Shown piece by piece: positions 36,846 through 49,207 of a DNA stretch of 64,000 nucleotides. The position numbers were made by a program, and so were the translations under genes. The stretch is from a virus (lineage: Duplodnaviria > Caudoviricetes). The notes beneath the pieces were generated by a model, which saw only the letters and a list, made by a program, of their open reading frames with translations, searched no databases and was not told the DNA's origin. The stretch's first letter is position 1, and each line of letters opens with the position of its first letter. The stretch lies in IMG/VR virus record IMGVR_UViG_3300011559_000001, positions 1-64,000 of that record; one strand, given 5' to 3'.

Positions 36846-37183
36846 CCATTCGTCAATACACCGCCGCCCTGAACCTGCCCAATACGGGCCCGTTCATGAA
36901 TCTGCAGTACGAGAAGATCAAGGCCCGCAGTAAGAAGGACGCCAAGGTCAAAGGCGAAGAACTGGCCAAGGAAAAGCAGGGTAAGTTGCTGGCGGTGTAT
37001 CCCAAGTCGATGAACGAAGGTGTGCGCAAGACCTTGCGCGCTGGTCATCGTAACATCAACCCGCATCTGCGCCCGTCGTTCGAGCTCAAGCACCGGCATA
37101 AAGGCCGGCCCCTCAAGGGCCGGCGCAATGTCCCTTACCCCAAGCGCAATGTCTCCATCCGCATCACCAACGTGGAGTTGTAA
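36842..37183 (+). CDS. basic hypothetical protein
   Basis: Coupled ORF; HKGRP.KGR motif shared with next gene. Confidence 0.6.
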   Translation: MTIRQYTAALNLPNTGPFMNLQYEKIKARSKKDAKVKGEELAKEKQGKLLAVYPKSMNEGVRKTLRAGHRNINPHLRPSFELKHRHKGRPLKGRRNVPYPKRNVSIRITNVEL

Positions 37184-37186
37184 GCT

Positions 37187-37603
37187 GTGACCATCAAGAA
37201 GACTTACCAGATGCAGATCGACTACGTCGACGGCCGCATCGAACACGTCGAGCGCAAGGGTAAGACTCCCACTGAGGCGCTGAACAATGCCGAGCAGGAG
37301 TTCACTGACGCTTACTACGTTAGTGTGTCTGGTCGTAAGAACGATTCGCGCTGGCGGCGTTACTACAACAACTACGAGAACACGCCAAACTTCCCGCACA
37401 ACGAGGCTCGATTTGGTGAGTACGTCTACCTGCACAAAGGGCGTCCTGCCAAGGGCCGTAAGGCACTGCCCAAGCGTCGTTATGGTGCTAGGGCCATCTA
37501 CCTCACCATGACAGCGCACTTTGACCAGCCGGTCACCAAATTTCTCAAAGATTGGATAAACGCTCTCGTCCCCGATCTCCCCGAACAGGTAATGATTCCA
37601 TGA
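37187..37603 (+). CDS. basic hypothetical protein
   Basis: GGAG RBS; HKGRPAKGR. Confidence 0.6.
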   Translation: MTIKKTYQMQIDYVDGRIEHVERKGKTPTEALNNAEQEFTDAYYVSVSGRKNDSRWRRYYNNYENTPNFPHNEARFGEYVYLHKGRPAKGRKALPKRRYGARAIYLTMTAHFDQPVTKFLKDWINALVPDLPEQVMIP

Positions 37604-39003
37604 CCAGTACCGCCCTGCAGACCCAGATGGCCCATCACCCCGCACTGGCGGCCAGTGTGAGTGCCATCCGCACCAAGCTCAATCTGACCTACACCGAGCA
37701 GGTCTACGGTAAGGCACTGGCCGAGCTGGTCGGTACCAGCTTTGAACCGCTGGCCGGTATCCGTGTTACGTTCCTGCCGGTCATCGAAGACCACGTCACC
37801 CAGCCGCAAGGTTCTAGCAACCTGATCTTCATGGCCCAGTACATCGAGTACCTCACTGGTCGCCGCCGTACGCTGGCGGCCACGGTGGAGCTGGTGGACG
37901 GCTACGTTCCTATCGGTGTGGAGAACCAGGCCTTCGAGGATTCATTGCGCCGTTCGGTGGAAGGTCTGTTCAACGAGTGTGGATACACTTTGGAAGAAGA
38001 AGCTCCCGACGGCCTTCGCAAGATGAACTCGGTGCAGCTGGGTCACGCGTTGTTGGAATACCTGTTCATGCCTAAGACGGTGCTGGCATCCATTGCCAAT
38101 ATCGATCTGGACAAGGTGGAGGTGACGGTGGAAGACGGCGCCGTTGTCCTGCGTACCCCGGTGGCGATGCTGCAAGGTTCTTCGCACCCCAGTGCGTTGT
38201 ACCTCTCTCGTTCTTTGGGTGGATGGGGTCCTGAGGAGTTTACATCGGCGGAATTTAACGTAATTCGCCGTGATGCCCTGGGTACGCTGTCCAACTTGTT
38301 GGAGGGTAAGAACCTGTGGCTGGAAAAGGCCCGCCTGTCTGAAGGTACGTTCGGTCGTACGTTTTTGACGGACGAAACCGAGCTGACCAACCCCTACGCC
38401 ACGGTCGTCAATCCTGACCATACCGAAACCCTCCAGCTCTACCCCGACTATGCCGTGGTGCTTTCGATTGACGAAACGCCCCGCAACTACCTCATCTGTC
38501 TGCCGTTAATGGCCAGTGGTGTGCTGGATGAGCAGGGACTGACGGTGCGCATTCCATTGGATCTGTCAGCACCCTTCACCAGTGGCAGGGTCGTGATCGA
38601 GTGTCCCGACGACTGGGTCGAACTGTGCGTTCGTGGTGTCATTACCGCAACCAAAACAAAGGTGGCGGAAAATGGGTACTCCTCCGACCTGGAGACGGTG
38701 GGTCAAACGCGTGGGAAGGCTCGTCCTGCACAGATCATTTACATCGAGAAGTTGCAGGATGTGGTGACTGCTGCCGCAGAGAAAGCCGCCGAGCGTGCAG
38801 AGAAAGCCGCCGAGCGTGCAGAGGAAGCGCGCCGCGCCGAAATTCGCAAGGCCGTGGAAACTCCCAGCCGGTACAGCGAAGCCATCGAAGTTGAGGACGT
38901 GGTGGAGGTTCCGCCCACCCCGCCGATCCACTATGGCCTGCTCACCCGTCTGCGCGTGGCCGCACAGGCATTCACCAACCCCGGAATCTGGAAGAAGGAC
39001 TGA
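37600..39003 (+). CDS. hypothetical protein, paralogue of 39388-40509
   Basis: Shared N-terminal domain (F.PLAG..V..Y.EY.TG..VEL..Y.P.GVE..CGYTL). Confidence 0.75.
   Translation: MTSTALQTQMAHHPALAASVSAIRTKLNLTYTEQVYGKALAELVGTSFEPLAGIRVTFLPVIEDHVTQPQGSSNLIFMAQYIEYLTGRRRTLAATVELVDGYVPIGVENQAFEDSLRRSVEGLFNECGYTLEEEAPDGLRKMNSVQLGHALLEYLFMPKTVLASIANIDLDKVEVTVEDGAVVLRTPVAMLQGSSHPSALYLSRSLGGWGPEEFTSAEFNVIRRDALGTLSNLLEGKNLWLEKARLSEGTFGRTFLTDETELTNPYATVVNPDHTETLQLYPDYAVVLSIDETPRNYLICLPLMASGVLDEQGLTVRIPLDLSAPFTSGRVVIECPDDWVELCVRGVITATKTKVAENGYSSDLETVGQTRGKARPAQIIYIEKLQDVVTAAAEKAAERAEKAAERAEEARRAEIRKAVETPSRYSEAIEVEDVVEVPPTPPIHYGLLTRLRVAAQAFTNPGIWKKD
38776..38823 (+). repeat. in-frame 21-bp tandem repeat (x2.3)
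   Basis: GCAGAGAAAGCCGCCGAGCGT repeated, encoding AEKAAER. Confidence 0.85.
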
Positions 39004-39395
39004 TGAACACCTCCAAGCTCCCGATTGACTTCAAGAAGGCCCCGGTCTTTGACATCCTCGGCCAACTCGGTCGCCATGCGCCCCTGGACCTGATGGGTCC
39101 CAAGCCGTCGCGCTTTACCAGCCCGATCGAGCAGAAAGAAGCTGCCGCTGCCGTACGGCGACTGTGGGAACGCGTGCGTGACCAGGGCGCGGCGGTGGTC
39201 TTCCCTACCCGTGAGTACATCCGCCGCGATTGGAATGAGGCGGATTTTCTGGTGACGATCGATTCGCTGGGCATGCACGAAGACACGCCCAAGCGTCTGC
39301 TGTCGCTGTCGCGCACCCCGCAAGGCAATTCTGCAAGGCCGGTCTTCAAGCTGGCCTTTGACCCGCAAGCTGCAATCCAGGACAACCATGACTAA
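39003..39395 (+). CDS. hypothetical protein
   Basis: TGATG coupling. Confidence 0.6.
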   Translation: MNTSKLPIDFKKAPVFDILGQLGRHAPLDLMGPKPSRFTSPIEQKEAAAAVRRLWERVRDQGAAVVFPTREYIRRDWNEADFLVTIDSLGMHEDTPKRLLSLSRTPQGNSARPVFKLAFDPQAAIQDNHD

Positions 39396-40509
39396 GAGCC
39401 TTGCCTCCCTTGTGGGATCGGATGTGATGTTTGACCGCGCCAGCAAGGCGGTTGCGCACTCCAACTACGCCGTTCTCCAGAATCGTTATTTCGAGGAGAA
39501 GTTCCCGATCAAGATCACGGAGCTGGCCGGACGTACGTTTACCCCGTTGGCCGGCTTCACGGTCACCATCAGTGACGTTCTTCCTCACAGCCAGATACGC
39601 AAGGCACGCGTGGACGATGTCATGCAGTTCGGCTATGTGGAGTATGCCACCGGCTATCGCCTGGGTGTGTACCTGACGGTGGAGCTGGATGAGGACTACC
39701 TGCCTCTCGGAGTAGAGCGCAAGGCCTTCACCGATGCGGTGGCGGTGCAGGTGGAAACCATCCTCAACACGTGCGGCTATACGCTCAACGAGACGCCGGT
39801 CATGGGCCTGCGTTCGGTCTACGGTGTCAACTATGAACAGTGGGACTACTTCACCCGACTGTTCAACGTGGATGAGTACGCCAAGTCCCTGTTGAACACC
39901 CAGTTGGGCCCGGATGTAATTCCGGAGTTTGGTGAGACCGACACCGAATTCCACTTTAGTGCCGTGGTCCCCGCGATCCCCTTGAATGGAGGATTGCTGG
40001 TGCATCGCAATGCGCTGGGTCGCATGGTGGAGCTGGAGGATCGCAAGATCTACCTGAACAGGGAAGCAGGTCAGTTGCTGATCGAAGTGGATCACATGGA
40101 GAGCTGGAAGTATAGGCTCGCATTCACGTCCATTGAAAAGATGCCGCATTTGCTGAAGGGCGTTCGCTCGCCCGTGCGTGTTGAAGGTCAGCGTGTCATT
40201 GTTCAGCAAGAGCGTGATTGGAAGAATCCTCGTTTGGAGGATGAGATCGTTCTTGATCATCCGCAGGATTGGTTCTATCTCCAGGGTAATCGCAAGAATA
40301 CCGAGGCGTACGGTTTGTCCCTGTCGATATATGTGACTGACAGCATCGATCACATCGACAGGGCCTTGCTGGTTGCGATCAATGCCGCCGTGCCGCGTCT
40401 GCTGTCCACCCCGCAGTTGAAGGAAAAGCCTGCGTCCAAACCGCGCCGTACGTTCCGTCGTTGGGTCGCCGACGGTTTCCGCAGTTTCGCTAACTGGTTT
40501 GACAAGTAA
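39388..40509 (+). CDS. hypothetical protein, paralogue of 37600-39003
   Basis: Shared N-terminal domain. Confidence 0.75.
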   Translation: MTKSLASLVGSDVMFDRASKAVAHSNYAVLQNRYFEEKFPIKITELAGRTFTPLAGFTVTISDVLPHSQIRKARVDDVMQFGYVEYATGYRLGVYLTVELDEDYLPLGVERKAFTDAVAVQVETILNTCGYTLNETPVMGLRSVYGVNYEQWDYFTRLFNVDEYAKSLLNTQLGPDVIPEFGETDTEFHFSAVVPAIPLNGGLLVHRNALGRMVELEDRKIYLNREAGQLLIEVDHMESWKYRLAFTSIEKMPHLLKGVRSPVRVEGQRVIVQQERDWKNPRLEDEIVLDHPQDWFYLQGNRKNTEAYGLSLSIYVTDSIDHIDRALLVAINAAVPRLLSTPQLKEKPASKPRRTFRRWVADGFRSFANWFDK

Positions 40510-40520
40510 GGAGTAAGAGG

Positions 40521-40994
40521 GTGAGCAATCGTTTTCGCATGACCATCTATGTCACCCTCGAGCGGCTCATGGAGTTGCTGACCCCGTATAAGGGTCAGCT
40601 CTCCAATGCCGAGGTGTTGGACTTCATTCCCCGCTTCAACGCGGTGGAGGCTGACAACTTCATCTGGGAGATCAAGCTCGATGTCCCGCATGCTCCTGAG
40701 GAACACAACCCGCACGTCAATGGCATTGACTTGATCATTGATGAGTACTTCAACATGCACCATCCCGAGGAGCAGTCTTCGGCGGTGCTGGCACGAGAGG
40801 TGCGCACCCTGCGTCGCCTCTTTGGAACCGTCAACAGCCACGGCCTTCTCTACACCGACGATGGTGAGATGTCCGACAGCTCCCAGACTCCGGCGATCGA
40901 TTACCGCCGCGATTCTCTGGCCACCATTCAGGCCAAACTCAAGCGCCGCGCCGAGCGGGCCGCTTACTACAAACAGCACGGCAAACTGCCGTAG
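40521..40994 (+). CDS. hypothetical protein
   Basis: AAGGAG RBS; LYTDDGE..IDY.RDS motif. Confidence 0.65.
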   Translation: MSNRFRMTIYVTLERLMELLTPYKGQLSNAEVLDFIPRFNAVEADNFIWEIKLDVPHAPEEHNPHVNGIDLIIDEYFNMHHPEEQSSAVLAREVRTLRRLFGTVNSHGLLYTDDGEMSDSSQTPAIDYRRDSLATIQAKLKRRAERAAYYKQHGKLP

Positions 40995-41004
40995 GAGAAA
41001 TACC

Positions 41005-41517
41005 ATGGGTGCTCACAGCACTGTTTATATCGCCCTGCCCGTTGCCCGCAAGCTCTATCAGGAGCATGTCGGCTCGGACGTGGAAGTGACCCACAAGCAG
41101 CTGGAAGACTTCTACGATCGCGTTCTGGATGAGCGTCTGCACAACTGCATTCTCGTGCAGGAAGACGACGAGCGTCTGAAGCCGGGTAAGTACTTCGACG
41201 ACTCGATGTCGGAGTGGGCGTTGAAGGGTCACCTGCTGGAGTATCTGGCCGACAACCCCGGCGAGCGACACAACAGCGTCACTGGCGAGAACGCCATGCT
41301 GCGCAGTCTGCTGGCGCGGACCTACTCGGGCCTGCCCACCGGTGTGGATTTCAACAAGGACAGTGCTGCGGAGATCGAGCGTAAACTCACCAACTACCAC
41401 ACCGGCGTGGCGGCTCGCTCCGGCGGCTACTACCAGCCTCAGCGTGTAGTGTCCGACGCGAATGGCTTCTCCAGTCAACAGACCCAAGAAGCCGAACAAG
41501 CCAGCCTGCGTGGCTAA
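41005..41517 (+). CDS. hypothetical protein
   Basis: AGGAG RBS. Confidence 0.65.
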   Translation: MGAHSTVYIALPVARKLYQEHVGSDVEVTHKQLEDFYDRVLDERLHNCILVQEDDERLKPGKYFDDSMSEWALKGHLLEYLADNPGERHNSVTGENAMLRSLLARTYSGLPTGVDFNKDSAAEIERKLTNYHTGVAARSGGYYQPQRVVSDANGFSSQQTQEAEQASLRG

Positions 41518-41526
41518 GGAGTAACC

Positions 41527-41889
41527 ATGGTCGCTGTACTGAAAGCAGAGAAGATCACCTGGTGCATGAGCTGCAACCCTACCTTCTGGGTGGGGTCGAA
41601 CAATCTGCACCATGGGCGCTTCTTGTTCCGTCACAAGGGCAAAAAGCAAAAGGGCAAGCCGAACTACCCACCCACCAAGTTGGTCGTCAAGACTGACCGC
41701 AGGTGGCAGCGGGCAGATCGGGGTTGGCGTATCCGTGAACGTGACGAGCGCCGCCAAGCACGTCGCGACTGGACGGCAGCCATCAAGAAGGAAAACGCAC
41801 ATAAGCGTCGTGAGCGGTTGATTGCTCGTTCGCCCAACGTGGTCCACCTGTTCATCGACAAGCACTCGCGCTTGTTCTCCAAGGGGTAA
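41527..41889 (+). CDS. basic hypothetical protein
   Basis: AAGGAG RBS. Confidence 0.6.
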   Translation: MVAVLKAEKITWCMSCNPTFWVGSNNLHHGRFLFRHKGKKQKGKPNYPPTKLVVKTDRRWQRADRGWRIRERDERRQARRDWTAAIKKENAHKRRERLIARSPNVVHLFIDKHSRLFSKG

Positions 41890-41892
41890 GCG

Positions 41893-42180
41893 ATGGAAGT
41901 CTACGTCTATTGGACGTTGGGTGCGATCTTGCTGTATGGGATCATTGCACGCACCATCTACTACCACACGAATATACGTGAGGGAGAAGCGTGGGTGTGG
42001 CCGGTCTGGGTCGGTGCGTGGGCGGTACTGTACTTTGCGCTGGCCTTGTACGCCATCTACTGCGGTACGGCCATCGTCTACCACAGGGTGCGTGGGTGGT
42101 ATTACACCATCACCTTGCGGATCTCGTTGTGGCGTCAGAGGCGGGCGTACATCAAGCGTAGCTACAAGGTCGAGCTCTGA
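41893..42180 (+). CDS. membrane protein
   Basis: Two aromatic-rich TM segments; terminator after. Confidence 0.6.
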   Translation: MEVYVYWTLGAILLYGIIARTIYYHTNIREGEAWVWPVWVGAWAVLYFALALYAIYCGTAIVYHRVRGWYYTITLRISLWRQRRAYIKRSYKVEL

Positions 42181-42296
42181 CGGTATATACCCCCGCCCTT
42201 CGGGGCGGGGGCTGTGGGGCATTTCGTTTTGGGATTCAAGCAGATCTCACAACTAAATTATCCACTTGATCATCCATCTTCTTAATTGAGAGACCC

Positions 42297-42659
42297 ATGT
42301 CTTACTTCACTGTAGTTGCCACGGACAGCAAGACCGGACACGAAAAGCGCTACACCGGTATCCGTGCGCCCAGTCAGGCAGAAGCCATCAAGCAGGTTGC
42401 CGTCAATGGCAACAAGCACATGGTTTACAAAGCGTGGATGTCCAAGTACGGACGTGATGAGAATTTCAACGAATGGGTGAAGCAATCCCAGCGTTCCTTC
42501 TGGGCCGCACTGGCCCGGCGTGGACGCAAGGGACATCGCCGCCACCGCAGTCACTACACCGAATTCCTGCGCGCCTGGCAGATCGGCTGTGACCAATGGA
42601 GTACCACCGCCTCGGTCTTCGGACTGACTCGCCCCAACAAGGAAGTACTGAATGACTGA
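42297..42659 (+). CDS. hypothetical protein
   Basis: ORF coupled to HD gene. Confidence 0.6.
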   Translation: MSYFTVVATDSKTGHEKRYTGIRAPSQAEAIKQVAVNGNKHMVYKAWMSKYGRDENFNEWVKQSQRSFWAALARRGRKGHRRHRSHYTEFLRAWQIGCDQWSTTASVFGLTRPNKEVLND

Positions 42660-43137
42660 GCGCCCGCTCGCTGAGATTACCTCGCCCGATGAAAACTGGT
42701 GTCGTGCTTCTTACGACTCTATGTTCGCATTGGCCAATCGCCTGCACGGTAAGCAAACCGATCGTGCCGGTGTGTCCTATATCGTCCACTTGCATTACGT
42801 GGCTACCCGTCAGCCTACGTACGCCGGTCGGGTGATTGGACTGCTCCATGACAGCATCGAAGACAACTGCATCACCGCCCTGCAGTTGCGCAGTATCGGT
42901 GTGCCCGAGTCGGTGATCCAGCGCATCGAGGCGTTGGCTAAGACCCGTGACGAGCAGTACGAGGATTACGTGGCTCGGGTAATCACCGACCAGACCATGC
43001 GCTTGGTCAAGAAAGCCGACCTTGAGCACAACATGACCTTGACCCGTCTCAAGAATCTCGCCGCCCGGGATCTGGAGCGTGTCCAGAAATACCATCGTGC
43101 GTATGCACTGATCCAGGAGTACGACCGTGTCCGATAA
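42652..43137 (+). CDS. HD-domain hydrolase, SpoT/Mesh1-like
   Basis: H..Q.D..G.SYIVH, LLHDSIED, VKKADLEHN. Confidence 0.85.
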   Translation: MTERPLAEITSPDENWCRASYDSMFALANRLHGKQTDRAGVSYIVHLHYVATRQPTYAGRVIGLLHDSIEDNCITALQLRSIGVPESVIQRIEALAKTRDEQYEDYVARVITDQTMRLVKKADLEHNMTLTRLKNLAARDLERVQKYHRAYALIQEYDRVR

Positions 43138-43498
43138 ACCGCTGCATAACGGGGCCAGTCCACTGTCCCACGCCCTTGGCTTTGTCGGCGAGGAAGGAAA
43201 CGAGATCGCTCAGGAGATCTTCAAGATCCTGCGCTTTGGTCTGCTGGACAAGCGCCCCAATGCACCCGCTGCAGAGTGCAACCTCAGGCTCCTGCAAAAG
43301 GAGCTGTGGGACCTGGTGGCCACTGTGCGGGTGGTCAATATGGAACTGGAGGCCGTTGGTCTGGAACCGCTCACGCTGGACAACGAAACCGCCATCCAGA
43401 ACAAAATCACCAAGCTGGCGTACTACGGTCACCGTGCCCTGTGCAACGGTACGCTGGCCGCACCGCTGCTGATCATGCCCACCCAATCCCCGGAGTAA
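43127..43498 (+). CDS. MazG-like pyrophosphatase
   Basis: EEGNEIAQEIFKILRFG..KELWDL. Confidence 0.7.
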   Translation: MSDKPLHNGASPLSHALGFVGEEGNEIAQEIFKILRFGLLDKRPNAPAAECNLRLLQKELWDLVATVRVVNMELEAVGLEPLTLDNETAIQNKITKLAYYGHRALCNGTLAAPLLIMPTQSPE

Positions 43499-43501
43499 TC
43501 G

Positions 43502-44284
43502 ATGTCGCAGAACCCTTCGTACACCCGCCTGTTCACTGCCCTGACCGAAATCGAAAAGACGGTCAATGGCGCCTACGAGGCAGTGCCCATCCACCGCGAT
43601 GATCTGGACGAGGCCCTGCAGAAGATCCGGGACGTGGCCCGCAACGCGCTGGAACCGGAGCCGTTGGTGATGGATCTCCAAACCCGTAGCGTGGAGGCCA
43701 ACGGTCAGGCGCTGGGCCGTGCAGACCGCGAAGTGCGTGACCCGCTGAACTACCGGCACATCGATGACTTCCTCGATGATCCGATGATCCAGTTCAAGCA
43801 TCCGGAACTGAAGTACGTCAACTTCTTCCTCGCCCATGCGCGCAAGTCGGCCTCGGATCGTCTGATGCACGAGCCGTTCATGCAGCAGTTCCAGCTGTTT
43901 GCCGACTACGAAGGTAAGACCTACCAGATCACCGGCGCCAGCAGGCTGGGCGACATCTGGCTGACCGAGGACCACAAGAAGGGTGCCCAGTACAGCCACC
44001 GTGTCGAACCGGACTTCCGCAAGTTCTCCAACTGGCGTGATAAGGCCAACTGGGCGTTGTCTTTCGACGAACGCATGATCCTGGCCAAGGCTGCCGGCTG
44101 TACCGGTGAACCCAAGCGCAACCAGAAGGCAGCCGATTACCTGAACAACTGGATGCGCAGCAATGCGATCCCGGTGTGGTATTGCGATGCCACTGCCGAG
44201 CAGCGCACCACGCTGCGTGAAGCCAAGATCGCTGCGGCTGAAGAGGAGAGGCGTCGTCGTGAAGACACCAATTACCGCGCGTGA
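43502..44284 (+). CDS. hypothetical protein
   Basis: GGAG RBS; TGASRLGDIWL motif. Confidence 0.7.
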   Translation: MSQNPSYTRLFTALTEIEKTVNGAYEAVPIHRDDLDEALQKIRDVARNALEPEPLVMDLQTRSVEANGQALGRADREVRDPLNYRHIDDFLDDPMIQFKHPELKYVNFFLAHARKSASDRLMHEPFMQQFQLFADYEGKTYQITGASRLGDIWLTEDHKKGAQYSHRVEPDFRKFSNWRDKANWALSFDERMILAKAAGCTGEPKRNQKAADYLNNWMRSNAIPVWYCDATAEQRTTLREAKIAAAEEERRRREDTNYRA

Positions 44285-44942
44285 GATTGAAATGCTGATG
44301 TGGTTGGCTGGGAAGTCTCCCAGCGGGATTTACTTCAGCACTATCGAATCGTCCGAGTTTGAGGTGGTGCCCACCTTCCCGTACCACATCTTGTCCTTCG
44401 TGTCACATCACGTGGACTTTGAAGGCTACGACTTCTTGGTGGACATCCCGTTCACCAAGGAACAGGCAGCCATTGAACACGTCGAGCGGCACTGTGACAC
44501 CGACTTCCATCAGGCGCTGGATGAACTGATGGTGGACATGTGTCGTGCGCCGCTGCCGGCCCGTATCCCGATGGGTGACAACCGGGGTATGACTACCGAG
44601 CATTACAAGATGCTCTTGGATTTGCTGGTGGACGAACGTCTGTACTCGCTCACCGGCATTCCCAAGTACGCTCCCAAGGAAGGACTTGAGAGCGACTGGT
44701 ATCTCGGCGTGCATTGCAATGACACCTTCTTCTGGGCATCCAGTGACTCTGAGTTTGTATCGCTCAAGTGGTTGCCGGCAATGCACGAAGCCTACAAGCG
44801 CTGGGACTGGCACGGCATCACGGCCGTGGTTTCGCTGCGCCGTGGTGAGATGGAACCGATCCGTCCTGCCAACACCCCGCAATATCAAGAAGCCCTCGCG
44901 TGGCTGAAGACTCAGGAGCTCGACAATGGATGGGGTCCCTAA
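44259..44942 (+). CDS. hypothetical protein
   Basis: GAGGAG RBS; CNDTFFWASSDSE. Confidence 0.65.
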   Translation: MKTPITAREIEMLMWLAGKSPSGIYFSTIESSEFEVVPTFPYHILSFVSHHVDFEGYDFLVDIPFTKEQAAIEHVERHCDTDFHQALDELMVDMCRAPLPARIPMGDNRGMTTEHYKMLLDLLVDERLYSLTGIPKYAPKEGLESDWYLGVHCNDTFFWASSDSEFVSLKWLPAMHEAYKRWDWHGITAVVSLRRGEMEPIRPANTPQYQEALAWLKTQELDNGWGP

Positions 44943-45624
44943 GAAACCCAAGAAGCCGGCCAAGCCGGAGAGTATGGCCATCTACCACGGCGTGATCGAG
45001 CGTATGTTGGCGGCAGGTCAAATGGATCCCAACCGGCGCGAACATATCAAGTTCCCCAACATGTACTTTGAAGGGGTGACCATCGGACACATTAAGCTGG
45101 CCAATGCGGCAGCGGTGTACATGGTACGCAAGGGTCTGGCTTCAATCGCCGAAGCTGCGCGCTGCGTAGGTGTGACAGATTCACGGATCGCGGACTGCAT
45201 GGCGAAGTGCCGACGCATTCATCTGGCCCGGGCCTACTGGGAAGAGAAGTCAAAGCGCTTGGCCTATCAGGTTGGTTTCGTTTACACCGTGATCGATGGC
45301 AAAGAGCTGACCGAGGCGTTGTTCACCAATGCGGCCCACTTCGACTGCTGCAGTGAAAATAGGAAGTGGGTTGATCCGACTGAAGTCGGTCAGTACGAAC
45401 TGAGGGTAATCTGGCAAGACGCCGTCAAGGTCGTCAACAAGGCTCCGGCCGATTGGATCGTGATGACGGTCAAAGACGCCGATGGACTGCACTTGGGTGT
45501 GGGCCTGCGTCGTCGTCAGCGGCTCATTGTCAGCCCCAACTATCGACTGCTTGCACTGGCAGCCGAAGCTGAGGAACACGATGTGAAGTACAGCCTGCTG
45601 GAGCAGCTGAACAAAGCGGACTGA
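44926..45624 (+). CDS. hypothetical protein (possible HTH)
   Basis: AGGAG RBS; SIAEAARCVGVT. Confidence 0.6.
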   Translation: MDGVPKKPKKPAKPESMAIYHGVIERMLAAGQMDPNRREHIKFPNMYFEGVTIGHIKLANAAAVYMVRKGLASIAEAARCVGVTDSRIADCMAKCRRIHLARAYWEEKSKRLAYQVGFVYTVIDGKELTEALFTNAAHFDCCSENRKWVDPTEVGQYELRVIWQDAVKVVNKAPADWIVMTVKDADGLHLGVGLRRRQRLIVSPNYRLLALAAEAEEHDVKYSLLEQLNKAD

Positions 45625-45704
45625 ATAAATCCCCTGCCCTTCGGGGCAGGGGTGTATGTCGTTTCTTATTTTTCTCCCCTATGGAATAGGGAAGTAACCG
45701 ATGG

Positions 45705-45722
45705 TCAGACCTATACTATCGC
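45705..45722 (+). promoter_or_regulatory. promoter motif TCAGACCTATACTATCGC
   Basis: Identical to 28159-28176; follows terminator 45631-45652. Confidence 0.7.
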
Positions 45723-45753
45723 TTTGACCCTTCATACCCCAAGGACATCCTTG

Positions 45754-46434
45754 ATGAACACCGAAACGACCGCACCTGCCTCTGTCCCTGAAGAACTGCT
45801 GACCCGCCATAGCGTCCTCTCCCAGTGGATTGCTGAGAAGGGCTTGCGTTATGATCAGCACCGCCGGGTGATCTCCTCGGCCCTGACGCCGTTTGGCTTC
45901 CGCCCCATGACGCTGCCGCGTCTGGTGGCGATGTACATGGCCCGCCAAGGCGAGGTGTCATTCGACATGGGACATGCGATCGCCGATGAAGTCGAGCGTC
46001 GTGAGCAGGTGCGCCGTGCAGAACTGGAGGCTCGTCAGCGCAGGACATCCCGTACGCCGGCCATCGTTCCTTCCAACGTTACCATCGACCTGACTTTTGA
46101 AGTCGATCAGGAAGGTGAGATCCTCGATGAGGTTTTGGCCAACTACGCCGCTGCTGAAACCGGCTCGCACCTGCGCCAGTCTTTGCTGGCAGCCCGCCTG
46201 TGCCCTTCCGAATGGGGCTTGCTGGTGGCACGCCACAAGACCTTGGGGATTGTGGCGGTGTGCGTGGCTGGGTTGGATGCGCCGTACAACATCGACTTCC
46301 ATTGCATGCTGCTCAGCAGTGATCTGACCTACGTCAAGCACATGTTCTACCAGTACGACAAGACCTTGCTGGCCGATCGCCGCGAGCGTCGCTATCTGTA
46401 TCTGGCCCTTCAGAACCTGCGCACTCTCAAGTAA
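45754..46434 (+). CDS. hypothetical protein
   Basis: AAGGA RBS. Confidence 0.65.
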   Translation: MNTETTAPASVPEELLTRHSVLSQWIAEKGLRYDQHRRVISSALTPFGFRPMTLPRLVAMYMARQGEVSFDMGHAIADEVERREQVRRAELEARQRRTSRTPAIVPSNVTIDLTFEVDQEGEILDEVLANYAAAETGSHLRQSLLAARLCPSEWGLLVARHKTLGIVAVCVAGLDAPYNIDFHCMLLSSDLTYVKHMFYQYDKTLLADRRERRYLYLALQNLRTLK

Positions 46435-48711
<2,277 letters not shown>

Positions 48712-48754
48712 GGCATACGCCCCCGCCTTCGGGCGGGGGCTGTAGAGAGGACGC

Positions 48755-49198
48755 ATGGAGATCTACTATTCTTTCCTCAATGAGGCCCGCCTCGGTCAGC
48801 TTGACCACTTCGTTGTGTTCTACCAGCTGGCATCCAGTGCCAAGTCCATCGAACGCTTGGCCCGCATCCGCAGTCCACTAGGACAGTTCACCCCGATGAT
48901 GACTGAAGGTCCTTTCCGGGACCTGATCGATTCGTTGGAAGTACAAGACTATCCGCAATGGGAAGCCAACCGCTTCTTTGCCTTTGATCCACTGACACAA
49001 CGGTTCAGGCACTTGGGTGTCCACGCTGGGCGTGCTACGGCACTGCTCAACGCCAAGCTGACCGTAGGTAAGGGTGTCCGTGTGGTTCTCGATGGTATCG
49101 AAGCCACCTCTTCCTTACACGAACTTGAGCACGCCAAGGTCAACCAGATTCCTCGCATCTGGGCTGACTGGCGACGGTTCACCAAACGCAATCCATAA
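48755..49198 (+). CDS. hypothetical protein
   Basis: GAGG RBS. Confidence 0.6.
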   Translation: MEIYYSFLNEARLGQLDHFVVFYQLASSAKSIERLARIRSPLGQFTPMMTEGPFRDLIDSLEVQDYPQWEANRFFAFDPLTQRFRHLGVHAGRATALLNAKLTVGKGVRVVLDGIEATSSLHELEHAKVNQIPRIWADWRRFTKRNP

Positions 49199-49207
49199 GA
49201 GAGACCC

